NCBI GenBank assembly: GCA_964588165.1
Contig: CAZPMS010000003.1
Location: 74,031-138,030 of the forward strand
Direction: 5' to 3'
Length of the DNA: 64,000 bases
DNA from: an uncultured Gammaproteobacteria bacterium
GTDB lineage: Bacteria > Patescibacteriota > Patescibacteriia > UBA1558 > UBA10009
Shown here: positions 18,803 to 28,703 of the stretch, piece by piece
How positions within the stretch are numbered: position 1 is the first letter of the stretch
How the letters are laid out: each line of letters starts with the position of its first letter
Translations under genes and position numbers: made by a program
The notes under the pieces: model-generated
The model's input: only the letters and a program-made list of their open reading frames with translations
Told to the model about the DNA's origin: nothing
The model's database searches: none

Positions 18803-19726
18803 CTAAACTTTTAAATAACGCCTGACTGCAATAAAACTGCTAAGGACTGTTATTACTATAGCCACTAACAGCTGGGTTCCAAAAACTTTTATAAAATTAT
18901 TATTTAAAAGCTGGACTAAATTGGTGGTGTATTCTTTAAAAAAGCTATCGGCATAAGGCTGTAAAAATGACAAAATTGGATATAAAAGGGCCACCAAAAT
19001 AATTACCGATATAATGCTATAAACTGTTCCTTCTATTAAAAAAGGTGAGCGTACAAATCTGTTAGAGGCCCCTACTAGCTTCATTATGCCGATTTCTTCC
19101 TTATGGGTATAAATTCCTACCTGAATTGTATTAAATACCACCAGAATAGAAATAATAATAAATATTAAACTCACAAGCAAACCTGCATTTTGAATTTTAT
19201 TTGAATACTCAGAAATACCCTCTATAAGCAATTTTGAATCGGTAAATTCCTTATCTTCTATTTCTAAATAACCAGCATATTCTTTTTTAGAAAGCTCCGT
19301 TAAAATTATTGGGAACTCTTCTATATTATGGACGTTGAGCCTAATGCTCCCTTGGAAAGGGTTTTCTTCCAAAGAATCTAAAGATTGAATAATCAATTCA
19401 TTATCCTTGTGGCGTTCTTTGAATGTTTCTAAGGTTTTTTCTGGCGTTATAAACTCTACTTTTTTAACGGCAGAAAGTTTGCCAAGTTCATCCACTAAAA
19501 TTTCTGCCTGATCCTCGTTAGCTTCTTTGGTTAAATCTATATAAACATCGGTTTTTGTTTCTACAACAGTAAGAACGTGATCGGTAACCAAATTAAACAT
19601 CAATAAAAAACTGATAGAAAATAAAGCCAAGGATACAATGGTAATAGTAACTACCGAAAGCCAAATGTTTCTAAACAAGCTTTGGATGGCAAATTTTAAT
19701 ATTCTGGTAAATTCTACTAAAAACAT
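18803..19726 (-). CDS. ftsX: Cell-division permease FtsX
   Basis: FNTI...EIGIMKLVGAS..FVRSPFLIEG; downstream of ftsE. Confidence 0.93.
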   Translation of the reverse strand: MFLVEFTRILKFAIQSLFRNIWLSVVTITIVSLALFSISFLLMFNLVTDHVLTVVETKTDVYIDLTKEANEDQAEILVDELGKLSAVKKVEFITPEKTLETFKERHKDNELIIQSLDSLEENPFQGSIRLNVHNIEEFPIILTELSKKEYAGYLEIEDKEFTDSKLLIEGISEYSNKIQNAGLLVSLIFIIISILVVFNTIQVGIYTHKEEIGIMKLVGASNRFVRSPFLIEGTVYSIISVIILVALLYPILSFLQPYADSFFKEYTTNLVQLLNNNFIKVFGTQLLVAIVITVLSSFIAVRRYLKV

Positions 19727-19868
19727 ACTTAATAAATTTTAAAATATAAATTTTAAATGAAATTCTAATTTTAAATTTTAAAACATTTATAATCCATAGA
19801 TTAAACTCCAGCAAATAAAGTTTTACTAATTTAAAATTCTTTCAAAATTTGAAATTTCTACTTTAAAA

Positions 19869-20549
19869 TTAAAGTACGTATCTTCCTTTTGATTGATCGC
19901 TAATTATCTGGCCTTCATCAATTGTTACCACCCTTTTCTTTAAACTGTTTACCACATCCCTATCGTGCGTGACTAAAATAACGGTAGTTCCCAACTGATT
20001 TATCTTTTTTAATAAATCAATAATTTCTCTGGTATTTATTGAATCCAAATTTCCGGTTGGCTCATCAGCCACCAGCAGTTTTGGCTTATGAACCAAAGAC
20101 CTGGCAATAACCACTCTTTGCTGTTCTCCGCCAGAAAGTTGGAATGGATAGCGGTTCTCTTTGCCGTCTAGGCCCACTATTTTCATAACCTGGGGCACAA
20201 TTTTATGGACCCTGCCCTTGGGCGAGCCACAAGTTTGCAATGCAAAGGCAACATTTTCAAAAACTGTTTTCTTCTGAAGCAATTTAAAATCTTGGAAAAC
20301 CACCCCAATCTGACGCCTTAAGTAAGGGACTTCTTTATCCCTAATGCCTGTTATATCCCAGCCGCCAACAATAATTTTGCCTTCTGTTGGTTTTTCTTCA
20401 GCAATAACTAAACGGATAATGGTTGTTTTACCTGTTCCACTTAAACCAACGATAGAAACAAAATCACCGGGCGGGATATCAAGGTTAACATTCTTAAGCG
20501 CCACGGAATTATTTCTATAATACTTTGATACGTTTACAAATTTTATCAT
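19869..20549 (-). CDS. ftsE: Cell-division ATPase FtsE
   Basis: GLSGTGKT, LRRQIGVVFQDFKLL, LSGGEQQRV, ADEPTGNLD. Confidence 0.95.
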   Translation of the reverse strand: MIKFVNVSKYYRNNSVALKNVNLDIPPGDFVSIVGLSGTGKTTIIRLVIAEEKPTEGKIIVGGWDITGIRDKEVPYLRRQIGVVFQDFKLLQKKTVFENVAFALQTCGSPKGRVHKIVPQVMKIVGLDGKENRYPFQLSGGEQQRVVIARSLVHKPKLLVADEPTGNLDSINTREIIDLLKKINQLGTTVILVTHDRDVVNSLKKRVVTIDEGQIISDQSKGRYVL

Positions 20550-20629
20550 ATATTGGTAGTTTGTAGTTGGTAGTTTGTAGTTGGTAGAAAAAGCTTTTTA
20601 AAAAAATACTACCCACTACAACCTACTCA

Positions 20630-21910
20630 CTAATCAATAACCTCAATTTTAACTGAAGTTACTCCAGCCCTTAAATTACTTATGGCATTAAAAGCCACTT
20701 TATCTAAATCAATTATCCTGCCTGTCCACAGTTCTGGACCGTAATCATTTACTTCCACAATAACTGATTTACCCCTATTGGAACCGGCTGACTGATTGGT
20801 AACCTTAAGCTTGGTGCCTTTAGGGAAATCCCTGGAAGCTGCATACAGGCCGCCCTTCCAAGAATACCAACTGGCTTCGCCCACCCATCCATCAGTTTCT
20901 TCAAATAAAGAAATTTTTTCTTCTTGGCCTTTTAAAATAGCTGTTACTGTTTTATTTCTATAATCGTCGAATGATTCTAATTTTTCCCAATCCGTTCCGT
21001 TTAAAAAATAAGCGCTCTTAGCTTGCTTGCCGGATTCTGAATATGGGATAGAAACTTCATAAGAATAACTGTCTGGAGTTTTAGCGCAGTAAACCTGGTT
21101 TATTTTTTCCAAAGTGGTTCCCAAAACCCACCCGGTGCCGGAACTTAAGCCCCAGGGCGCCAAAACCTCAGCTGCATATTTTTCCTGAAATTGCTTTACC
21201 GAACCATAAGTTAAGTTGCCGTAATAACCGGTAGAAGGCAGCTCAGAAAAACCTTCGTACTCTCTTAAAAAAGTTTGGAGTTTTTTAACTTCTTCTTCGC
21301 TATTGGTTTTATTTGATTTAAAATAATTTGTTAAATACGGCAGGCAAACTTCTTTATATTCTAAATCGCTAATTGATTGGTTAACATCAAAATTAAAAGT
21401 ATCTGATACCTTACTTTTATCTTCATTATTTGCTGTTAGAGCTAAATTAGTGCCCACCACCACCAGCTTATTTTTTTTACCCGATAATTTAAAAGTTAAA
21501 TTATTTAGGAAGGCCCGGTTACTGGCCATCTGCCATTTTTTTAACCGGCTATTGTAATAATAAATCGTTTTACCACTTGCATGATCATTCTCATGATAAC
21601 TAATAGTGATAGTAAATTCTGAATCCTCATTTACTTCTGATGAATAAATATAATAAGAATATATTTCTGTTAAGCTGTTAATATCATCTTTAATTTCTGC
21701 AGACGGTAGTTTATAAAGGTATACATCTATTGGCTGCGTATATTCTTCCGCTGGAATACTTAATTTAAAAGTTGAATCCTGACTTACAAATTCACTACCA
21801 AGCTGAACCTCTTCTGGATTAAAATGCAAGCTTTCGGCTCTTAAGCCACTAATTGGCCATAATAAAAAAAGGCTAAAAAAAATAACTAAAATAGTGTACC
21901 TAAATTGCAT
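20630..21910 (-). CDS. Secreted protein with peptidoglycan-binding domain and C-terminal RlpA-like DPBB domain
   Basis: VKKLQTFL..TGYYG..T..VKQFQ; GEASWY, VNDYGP, RIIDL. Confidence 0.8.
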   Translation of the reverse strand: MQFRYTILVIFFSLFLLWPISGLRAESLHFNPEEVQLGSEFVSQDSTFKLSIPAEEYTQPIDVYLYKLPSAEIKDDINSLTEIYSYYIYSSEVNEDSEFTITISYHENDHASGKTIYYYNSRLKKWQMASNRAFLNNLTFKLSGKKNKLVVVGTNLALTANNEDKSKVSDTFNFDVNQSISDLEYKEVCLPYLTNYFKSNKTNSEEEVKKLQTFLREYEGFSELPSTGYYGNLTYGSVKQFQEKYAAEVLAPWGLSSGTGWVLGTTLEKINQVYCAKTPDSYSYEVSIPYSESGKQAKSAYFLNGTDWEKLESFDDYRNKTVTAILKGQEEKISLFEETDGWVGEASWYSWKGGLYAASRDFPKGTKLKVTNQSAGSNRGKSVIVEVNDYGPELWTGRIIDLDKVAFNAISNLRAGVTSVKIEVID

Positions 21911-22021
21911 ATTTTAATAATTTGTTTATAATGTTAATCTACAAACAGGTATAGTTTAGCTGTAACTATGTCCGCCGAAATCTGAAAGACGAAGGCGGAA
22001 CTTCTGTTACCTGCTCCATTT

Positions 22022-22098
22022 GCCAGGATAGCTCAGTTGGCTAGAGCAATGCTTTCGTAAAGCAGAGGTCGTGGGTTCGATTCCCGCTCCTGGCTCCA
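22022..22098 (+). tRNA. tRNA-Thr (anticodon CGU)
   Basis: Acceptor GCCAGGA/TCCTGGC, D-arm GCTC..GAGC, anticodon loop TT-CGT-AA, T-loop TTCGATT, encoded CCA. Confidence 0.93.
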
Positions 22099-22162
22099 CT
22101 CAATTCGTACAGATAAACTGGATTCACATGTGATTTTATTACTGATTACCAGTTACCAATCC

Positions 22163-23512
22163 CTATATTTTTATTAAAGTCAAAACCTTGGCTTTTTTAA
22201 TTTGCTGATCTAAATAATCTTTAAACGAAGGCGTTTGCCTAAAAATATGGCTGGCTTTAAAAGTTGTCTGCCCATCCGGACTTATAACCCTTTCTTCTAA
22301 TTTTATAATATGCAGGCCAAACCGGGTTTCTATAATTTGGCTAATTCTGCCTTCTTCCATATCCAGAATGGCCAGTTCAAACTCGGGTACCATATCACCT
22401 AAAGAAAACCAGCCTAAATCACCACCTACAAACTTAGTATTATCATCATTAACCCCAGAAGCAATCTCAGCAAATTTTTCTGGACTGATTTCTAACTTAT
22501 TTAAATAACCTGCCATATCTGCTTCTAAATAAGACATAATATCGGAGTTATTAAAATCTTCTTCCACTTTTTGGGCCAAAAGAAGCGGTGCTAAAACATT
22601 TTGGGTATATTCCTCAATATTCCAATCATACAATTGTTTTATTAATTCTTCCACTTCCTCCCCTTCTTCAACTTTTAAAAAATCTATCATCTCATTTATT
22701 TCTTGATCGCTAAGGCTGATGCCTTTTTCTTGTGCAATATTGTAAATAACATTCTTTTCTATTAAACTTTGAATTACCTGTTTTTTTAACTGGCTTTGGC
22801 TGGCTGGAACGGCCAAGCGTTCCATATATTTCTCCAAAGCATCTAAATCATTTAAAAAAGTATAGGCTTTTACCATATTGCCGTCTACATATAAAGCTGG
22901 AAATGGAATTATCTTGGCTACTTTATTAACTATACTGCCCCGCCAGCCGCCTAAATATATTCCGGAAATAAAAATAACAATTAAAATAACGATTGAAACT
23001 ACAACCGTCTTTAAAAATTGGTGGTTATTTATGCCCTTGGCTTTTTTTGCCACTTTTTCCTTATTTATGTTTATAAGTTCTTTTCCTTCCTTTTTTTTTA
23101 TAATACTCATTTTTTTTGTTTTAGGAAAAAATGCCTTATGGGTAATTTTTTTAAGTTTTTTTTGTGAATAAAAAGATACTTTTTCTTTCTTTCCTGATAC
23201 CTTTTCTTTAGGCTGCTCTTTTTTAACTTTTTTGAATCTAAACTTTGGTTTTTCGGGCAGTTCTTCTTTTCTTTTTAACTCATTTAAAATAGCTTCCCTA
23301 ATCGCCTTTAAATCACTGCTTAATTTGCTAATTACTTTTTTTTCCTTTTTTAGAGGTTGGCTAGCCGGTACCGGTACTTGAGTAGATTCTGGCTTAGATT
23401 TTTCTGAAGTAACCAAAAAGCCATTTACTTCATTTTTTAATTTATTTTGGTACTTTTTTTCTTGAGCCTTTTTTGTATTTGCTGTTACTGGCTTTTTTTG
23501 ATTATTTGCCAT
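22163..23512 (-). CDS. SurA/PrsA-like parvulin PPIase with long Lys-rich N-terminus
   Basis: GGDLGWF...MVPEFE...ETRFGLHIIK; one TM helix. Confidence 0.85.
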   Translation of the reverse strand: MANNQKKPVTANTKKAQEKKYQNKLKNEVNGFLVTSEKSKPESTQVPVPASQPLKKEKKVISKLSSDLKAIREAILNELKRKEELPEKPKFRFKKVKKEQPKEKVSGKKEKVSFYSQKKLKKITHKAFFPKTKKMSIIKKKEGKELININKEKVAKKAKGINNHQFLKTVVVSIVILIVIFISGIYLGGWRGSIVNKVAKIIPFPALYVDGNMVKAYTFLNDLDALEKYMERLAVPASQSQLKKQVIQSLIEKNVIYNIAQEKGISLSDQEINEMIDFLKVEEGEEVEELIKQLYDWNIEEYTQNVLAPLLLAQKVEEDFNNSDIMSYLEADMAGYLNKLEISPEKFAEIASGVNDDNTKFVGGDLGWFSLGDMVPEFELAILDMEEGRISQIIETRFGLHIIKLEERVISPDGQTTFKASHIFRQTPSFKDYLDQQIKKAKVLTLIKI

Positions 23513-23927
23513 TGTATGCTACTTTAAAAAAATAATTCCACCATCTTTGGGGGTTAGATAAAGAATCTACTTCAGTTTTAAGAATATTTGAATAGTCATC
23601 AGTTTCTTCTGTTAAACCTTCTGCTTCTTCTGGAACAATAATAATTTTTTCTCCGGGCTTTCTTAAATTTAGCTTGGTCCTGGCTTCATTTTCCACAAAA
23701 TCCAAGCTTTTAAAATAGTTTATCAAGCTGGAAAGTTCTTGGTTACCACTTTCTAATTCGTTTATTTCCGCTTGTAAATTACTAATATCTTCCTTTAAAT
23801 CCTTTCTGTTTATGAGTTCTTTAACTAAATTTACAGAAAAGAAGATTAGAATAAACAAACTTACAAAAAATAGAATCTTTGAAGAAGCTAAAAATCTTCC
23901 AACAGATTTACGATTATACTGAACCAT
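23502..23927 (-). CDS. Septum formation initiator (DivIC/FtsB family)
   Basis: TM helix, coiled coil and EARTKLNLRKPGE. Confidence 0.85.
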   Translation of the reverse strand: MVQYNRKSVGRFLASSKILFFVSLFILIFFSVNLVKELINRKDLKEDISNLQAEINELESGNQELSSLINYFKSLDFVENEARTKLNLRKPGEKIIIVPEEAEGLTEETDDYSNILKTEVDSLSNPQRWWNYFFKVAYNGK

Positions 23928-23951
23928 AGAACAAAAAAATTATAACATAAA

Positions 23952-24452
23952 TTAGTCATTTTCGCTAGCGGACTCGTTCTTTTTTATTCTTAATAAAAGC
24001 TGCTGGATATTCCGAGGTTTAGGGATCTTACTAACAATAATTGGAGTTTTAGTTTCAGCTATCTGGAGCCTAACAGAGCCATATCTAAATACTGTTTGCC
24101 CGGCACCTTTAATCCGATAAGAAATATCCTGGATTGTTCCATGCTCTGCCTCCGAAACCCTTTTATTAAATAATCCAAACTGCCTGCTTAAAATTACCCT
24201 GTGGCTGGTTATTAAAAAAACATTATTGCTCCACATAACAATTAATCTAACTACAGCGATTATTCCAACAACTAAAAGTATAAAAAATAAAACCAAGCCT
24301 ATTACTTCCCACTTAAATAATAAAAACATTAAAAAGAAAGGTAGCAACAATAAAATGATTGATACTAAACCGGACTTTAAAAATACCAACGGATGTTGCC
24401 TGATTAACCTGATTGGCTCTTCATTATTTTTTAAATATTTGCTATACTTCAT
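23952..24452 (-). CDS. Membrane protein with bacterial PH domain
   Basis: Two TM helices then ITSHRVI..GLF..IQDI..YGSV. Confidence 0.75.
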   Translation of the reverse strand: MKYSKYLKNNEEPIRLIRQHPLVFLKSGLVSIILLLLPFFLMFLLFKWEVIGLVLFFILLVVGIIAVVRLIVMWSNNVFLITSHRVILSRQFGLFNKRVSEAEHGTIQDISYRIKGAGQTVFRYGSVRLQIAETKTPIIVSKIPKPRNIQQLLLRIKKNESASEND

Positions 24453-24482
24453 AAAGTTAAACTAATTTTAAGCTAAGAAGAA

Positions 24483-24600
24483 AAGCCTGTACTATGTCCG
24501 TTCTTGTCGGTGTCGTCCGCGTGAGTCGGTGAAAGTCTATTTACGGTCTTACGCGGACAATTACTGACGGCACGGTCAGGCGCTGACCCACACAGACAAT
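24483..24600 (+). ncRNA. Unidentified GC-rich structured RNA (long irregular hairpin)
   Basis: gtccgcgtgag/cttacgcggac, tgtcggt/actgacg, ccgt/acgg and a side hairpin ggtcag-gcg-ctgacc; G.U pairs favour the + strand. Confidence 0.5.
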
Positions 24601-24613
24601 TTATTTTCAAAAT

Positions 24614-24709
24614 ATGAGAAGAAAAACAATTAAAATTATTTGGATATTCTTAAGTGTCTTTATTATCTTTTCCATGCTTGTCTGGACACTTGGAGCTTTC
24701 TATTATTAA
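24614..24709 (+). CDS. 31-aa single-TM small protein
   Basis: MRRKTIKIIWIFLSVFIIFSMLVWTLGAFYY*, followed by a terminator at about 24732-24764. Confidence 0.6.
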   Translation: MRRKTIKIIWIFLSVFIIFSMLVWTLGAFYY

Positions 24710-24766
24710 TTTTACAGGATTACTTGATTTTAAAAAACTGAGGATAAGTATCATCAGTTTTTTTAA

Positions 24767-25498
24767 TTATAATAATTCAATAATACTTCTGGGAACTTCA
24801 ATATCTAATTTTCTAACAATCTTAATATACTCTTTCAACTTTTTTTTATTTTCAATCCAACTTTCTGGGTGATTCAAATAATCAATATAGTATTCATATA
24901 ATTTATCGGGGATAGCGTCATTTTTATGAATACCTTCAACTAATTCTAACCAAGTGTATAAATAATGAATCTTAATACCTTCTTTCTTGAGCCAAATTCT
25001 GGCGGGATCGTTTTGAAAAAATTCAGCCATAGCAGCCCAAATTACAAGTAAATCATTAACTTTGATTTTACATTTCTTAAGATTCTCAACCATTAATTTC
25101 TTAGTTTTACCATTAGCCATTAAATCATCAACTAGCAAAGCAGTCATGCCAGGTTTATAATCCCCTTCAATATAATCCATTTTACCTGTTTTTTTAGGTT
25201 CTTTTCTAATATAACAAAAAGGTATATCTAATTCATATCCTAAGGCAGCGGCTAAGGGAATGCCAGCTGTCTCAATACCGCAAATTATATCAAAATTTAA
25301 ATCTTTAATTTTTTCGGATAGAAATTTTACTACTAACTTAAAAGCCACTGGATGAGAATATAAAACTCTGTTATCAGCTCCCATTGGAATAATACCTACC
25401 GAAACTAATCTTGGCTTGTAATTATTATGGAAACTTTCAGCGAATTTAGCACACTCTTTAAAAATTTCTTCCTTATAATTCATAAAAGCTTTTATCAA
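24767..25498 (-). CDS. PyrE-like type I phosphoribosyltransferase (paralog 3)
   Basis: GIETAGIPLA, YIRKEPK, PRPP loop LLVDDLMANGKT. Confidence 0.85.
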   Translation of the reverse strand: MIKAFMNYKEEIFKECAKFAESFHNNYKPRLVSVGIIPMGADNRVLYSHPVAFKLVVKFLSEKIKDLNFDIICGIETAGIPLAAALGYELDIPFCYIRKEPKKTGKMDYIEGDYKPGMTALLVDDLMANGKTKKLMVENLKKCKIKVNDLLVIWAAMAEFFQNDPARIWLKKEGIKIHYLYTWLELVEGIHKNDAIPDKLYEYYIDYLNHPESWIENKKKLKEYIKIVRKLDIEVPRSIIELL

Positions 25499-26183
25499 AA
25501 ATTAAATTCTTTTCCTTAAAGGCTAATTCCTTGAAACGTTTCCTATTTTCTAAAACACCTGTCCAGTTTGAATGGAAATTCTTAATCATTTCCAATGTTA
25601 TATCTGTAAACCCTTGGCTCCAAAATCCGGTTTTGCCATAATATTCAATAATTTCGGCCCAACTCAAAACATAGCAATAACCCAATTCTTTAAGCCACTT
25701 AATTTTTTCTTCAAAAACAGGATCGCCACCTAAAGCATTTAAAAAAACGGCCACGCCAACTACTTCGTGCCCTAACTTTTGCACCGCCTCAACAGTATTT
25801 TTTTTGCTTTTAGAACTTGAAGTTGCATCATCAATAATTAAAACCTTACTATTTTTAGGAATTTCCCCTTCCAGTTGCTTGCCAAGCTGCATATCTTTAA
25901 CCTCGCCTCGCATATAGCCCATGCCTATATTTAGTTCTTCGGCTACACCGTGGGCCCAAACAATGCCGGCAGTAGCCAAGCCAACAACAAAGTTGGGTTG
26001 CCAACCTGCACTTTTTACCTCATCAACTAAGGCCTTAATGATTAATCTTCTTTTCTTGGGATAAGAATAAAGTGCCCTAAGATCAGGATACAAAACTCCA
26101 TTTATACCAGCTCTGGTTTTAAAATCACCAACATACTGGAATGTCGGGTACAATAATTCTTTTAAAATTTTATCTTTTTCCAT
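25473..26183 (-). CDS. PyrE-like type I phosphoribosyltransferase (paralog 2)
   Basis: YPDLR, GLATAGI, YMRGEVK, LIIDDATSSSKS. Confidence 0.82.
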   Translation of the reverse strand: MEKDKILKELLYPTFQYVGDFKTRAGINGVLYPDLRALYSYPKKRRLIIKALVDEVKSAGWQPNFVVGLATAGIVWAHGVAEELNIGMGYMRGEVKDMQLGKQLEGEIPKNSKVLIIDDATSSSKSKKNTVEAVQKLGHEVVGVAVFLNALGGDPVFEEKIKWLKELGYCYVLSWAEIIEYYGKTGFWSQGFTDITLEMIKNFHSNWTGVLENRKRFKELAFKEKNLIFDKSFYEL

Positions 26184-26185
26184 AA

Positions 26186-26965
26186 TTAAAATTTTATCCC
26201 GTCGGGCAATTCATGATACTTGCCCACTGTTTTTGAATCTTCTACCAGCATTTCCCAAGTTAATGATTCATTTTCTATAGGCCAGCCATCTTTTTTTGCA
26301 ACTTCTAAAACTTTCATGAATTTTTCTTTATTAATAGACCAGCGTTCTATATTATAATCAGCATAACCATCCCAAACTAAATTATATAACTCTTTAGAAA
26401 TATAGCCGACCTTTAAAGCATAATGGAAAAATTCTTCTATTAGCATTACTTGATGATGTCCAATATTATTTTCTTGGTACCAAGGAACTAAAGGATGGCC
26501 AGTATAATAAATAACTACCATATCGGTAACTTTTATACCTTCCTTTTCCAGATGTTCGGCAAATTTATTTTTGCCTTCGCCGGCACCGGTAGCGTCATCA
26601 ATTAAAATGGCTTTCTTCCAGGATTTATTGACCTGCCCCATTACAGCCGACTTTACTCCATAACCTTTTACTTCTTTCCTTAAGTATAGAATCGGCTTAT
26701 CCATTTCTAAAGAAACTGCTGTGGCCACCGGAAAGCCGCCTAACTCACAGCCAGCCAAAAGATCTACATCCAATTGGTTAACTATATAAGCAATCTTTTG
26801 AGCTATCAGTTTAATTGATAAAGGTTCAGAAAATAACCATCTGGTTTCCGGATAAAAAGGCACTGCTCCTAAGGCTGCAATTAAATAGCCAAACTTAAGT
26901 ATTTTTTTATCTATCATTAACTGAAAAACTTCCTCCTTGTCTTTTTGTGAAATATCAACTGCCAT
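26186..26965 (-). CDS. PyrE-like type I phosphoribosyltransferase (paralog 1)
   Basis: GCELGGFPVA, YLRKEVKGYG, ILIDDATGAGEG. Confidence 0.85.
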   Translation of the reverse strand: MAVDISQKDKEEVFQLMIDKKILKFGYLIAALGAVPFYPETRWLFSEPLSIKLIAQKIAYIVNQLDVDLLAGCELGGFPVATAVSLEMDKPILYLRKEVKGYGVKSAVMGQVNKSWKKAILIDDATGAGEGKNKFAEHLEKEGIKVTDMVVIYYTGHPLVPWYQENNIGHHQVMLIEEFFHYALKVGYISKELYNLVWDGYADYNIERWSINKEKFMKVLEVAKKDGWPIENESLTWEMLVEDSKTVGKYHELPDGIKF

Positions 26966-26967
26966 AA

Positions 26968-27978
26968 TTATTTAATTAATTCTTTATTGTTTAACAAATC
27001 TTTACCTAAATTCCTGACTTTTTCTTCCACTTCCTTATCCTTAACATACGAACCGTGCTTGCCGTCTACTCTGGATAAAAGGTAAATTCCCAGCCACTTA
27101 TTTGACCTTTTAATTATACCGCCCAGATGATCTGCTGAATCACTCACATGCCCAAGCCAAACCTTTTTATATTCTTCTATAAAATCATCAATAAACTTTT
27201 TTGACCCTTGTTTGATATCATCATCAGCTTCTTGCGACTTAATAAACCAGTGAGAAAGAAATATTCCTAAATCTATAGCCGGATCTAAGTGCAGGCAAAA
27301 TTCAAAATCTATTAACCTAAAATCGTTTTTACTCACAAAAATATTCCGATGAACCGGATCTATCCAAATTAATGAAGGATTAGTAAGATAGCTTTCCTTA
27401 ACAATCTTTTTTATAACTTCTTCAGGAAAATGTTTTCTTGCACCCCAGGTTAAATGTAATGGAATATAATAAGTTTCCATTAACTCCCTTTCAGCAGTTG
27501 AAAGGTCTTCATCTATTTTATAAGTTCTGGCATGAAACCTGCCAAAGAATTCACCAAACTGTTTAGCTAAATTGGCATGCAAATTATTTTTTTCCAATTC
27601 ATCTACTAAACATTTTCTATCTTGTTCAACATCAGACATTATTAGAACAAAATTTTCCTTATCTAAATAAAATATCTCTGGAACAAAATTTTCTCCAATC
27701 CATTCCTTAATTTTTTCCAGAACTTTAGCTTCAGTAATAATTCTTTCTAAAGGCATTTCAATATCTTCATCTTCCCTCTTTATCTGGCTTAAAACCTGTT
27801 TTAAAACTAATTTATTTATCCCAGAATCTGATTCAATTTCTACAGCAAAAACATAACTAACATTGCCTCCGGAAAGCTCTTTTATTTTTTTTATCTTATT
27901 GATTTTAAAAGACAGATGTTTCTTAACATCTTCTAAATAATCCTTAATATTTTCTAAATATAAGACTTTTTGTACCAT
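26968..27978 (-). CDS. MtnK (methylthioribose kinase)/APH-fold phosphotransferase
   Basis: ELSGGNVSYVF, LVLKQ, VPEIFYLD, LIWIDPVHRNIF (HGD variant), IDFEF, DPAIDLG. Confidence 0.82.
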   Translation of the reverse strand: MVQKVLYLENIKDYLEDVKKHLSFKINKIKKIKELSGGNVSYVFAVEIESDSGINKLVLKQVLSQIKREDEDIEMPLERIITEAKVLEKIKEWIGENFVPEIFYLDKENFVLIMSDVEQDRKCLVDELEKNNLHANLAKQFGEFFGRFHARTYKIDEDLSTAERELMETYYIPLHLTWGARKHFPEEVIKKIVKESYLTNPSLIWIDPVHRNIFVSKNDFRLIDFEFCLHLDPAIDLGIFLSHWFIKSQEADDDIKQGSKKFIDDFIEEYKKVWLGHVSDSADHLGGIIKRSNKWLGIYLLSRVDGKHGSYVKDKEVEEKVRNLGKDLLNNKELIK

Positions 27979-28063
27979 TATCCATATCTTAACCCATTTT
28001 TAACAAAAAGAAAAACCGCGATCCGTAATGGTCGCGGCTATATTGATCATTGTCCAAAAGTAA

Positions 28064-28582
28064 TCAAGCGGATAAATTTGTCGCCCAAATTACTGCCTGT
28101 TTGGCATCTTCAAGAGAAAAAAATCGAATATTATCACTGTTGGTGTTTCTTATAAGGGTTTTGAAAGATAATTCCTCCAAATAACCCCAACCAACAATGG
28201 CAACTCTGACTGTTTGCTTCTTGGAAGCAAAGGCCAAAAACGGAAATAGATGAGCCAGCGTACCCATTTCTCCCGGAAAAAAAATGACTCCGTCGGCAGT
28301 GTCAACCAATGAGCCCAAGCGACTACCCCATGAATATGCAGGGTACCCCTCATGATATGTGCTGATAGAATGGCCATGGCTTGGAATTTTTCCCTTATCA
28401 CTCTTACAGAAATAGCTAACAACTTTCGCGCCTGACTGATGTGCCAATTCAACGATATTGCCGTGCGAGCCGGTTAAAACTTTAACTTTATTTTGCCGGC
28501 ACCACTCAAACACTTTCTTAAGCATGTCTGCTTCTGAATTGGAGGTTTTAGCACTGCCTTGAAAAAAGATTCCCTTTTTCAC
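28064..28582 (-). CDS. LOG/SLOG-family nucleotide-binding protein
   Basis: FQGSA, LTG, R...LVDTADGVIFFPGEMGTLAH (variant of PGGxGTxxE). SD AAGGAG before GTG 28582; promoter TTGACA-17-TATGAT at 28668-28640. Confidence 0.7.
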   Translation of the reverse strand: MKKGIFFQGSAKTSNSEADMLKKVFEWCRQNKVKVLTGSHGNIVELAHQSGAKVVSYFCKSDKGKIPSHGHSISTYHEGYPAYSWGSRLGSLVDTADGVIFFPGEMGTLAHLFPFLAFASKKQTVRVAIVGWGYLEELSFKTLIRNTNSDNIRFFSLEDAKQAVIWATNLSA

Positions 28583-28703
28583 GAGATTCTCCTTTACTCT
28601 ATAGAGCTTTGCGTTGTTTTTAAATTTCAAGAATAAATCATCATATCATATTTACAAAATTTTGTCAATATTAAAACAGAGTTCATATTCTCTGTTAAAT
28701 TTT

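Noticed and set aside
24483-24600. SRP RNA, ZTP riboswitch or retron msr-msd
   Set aside because: Diagnostic motifs were not found and no reverse transcriptase lies in the window; kept as unidentified.
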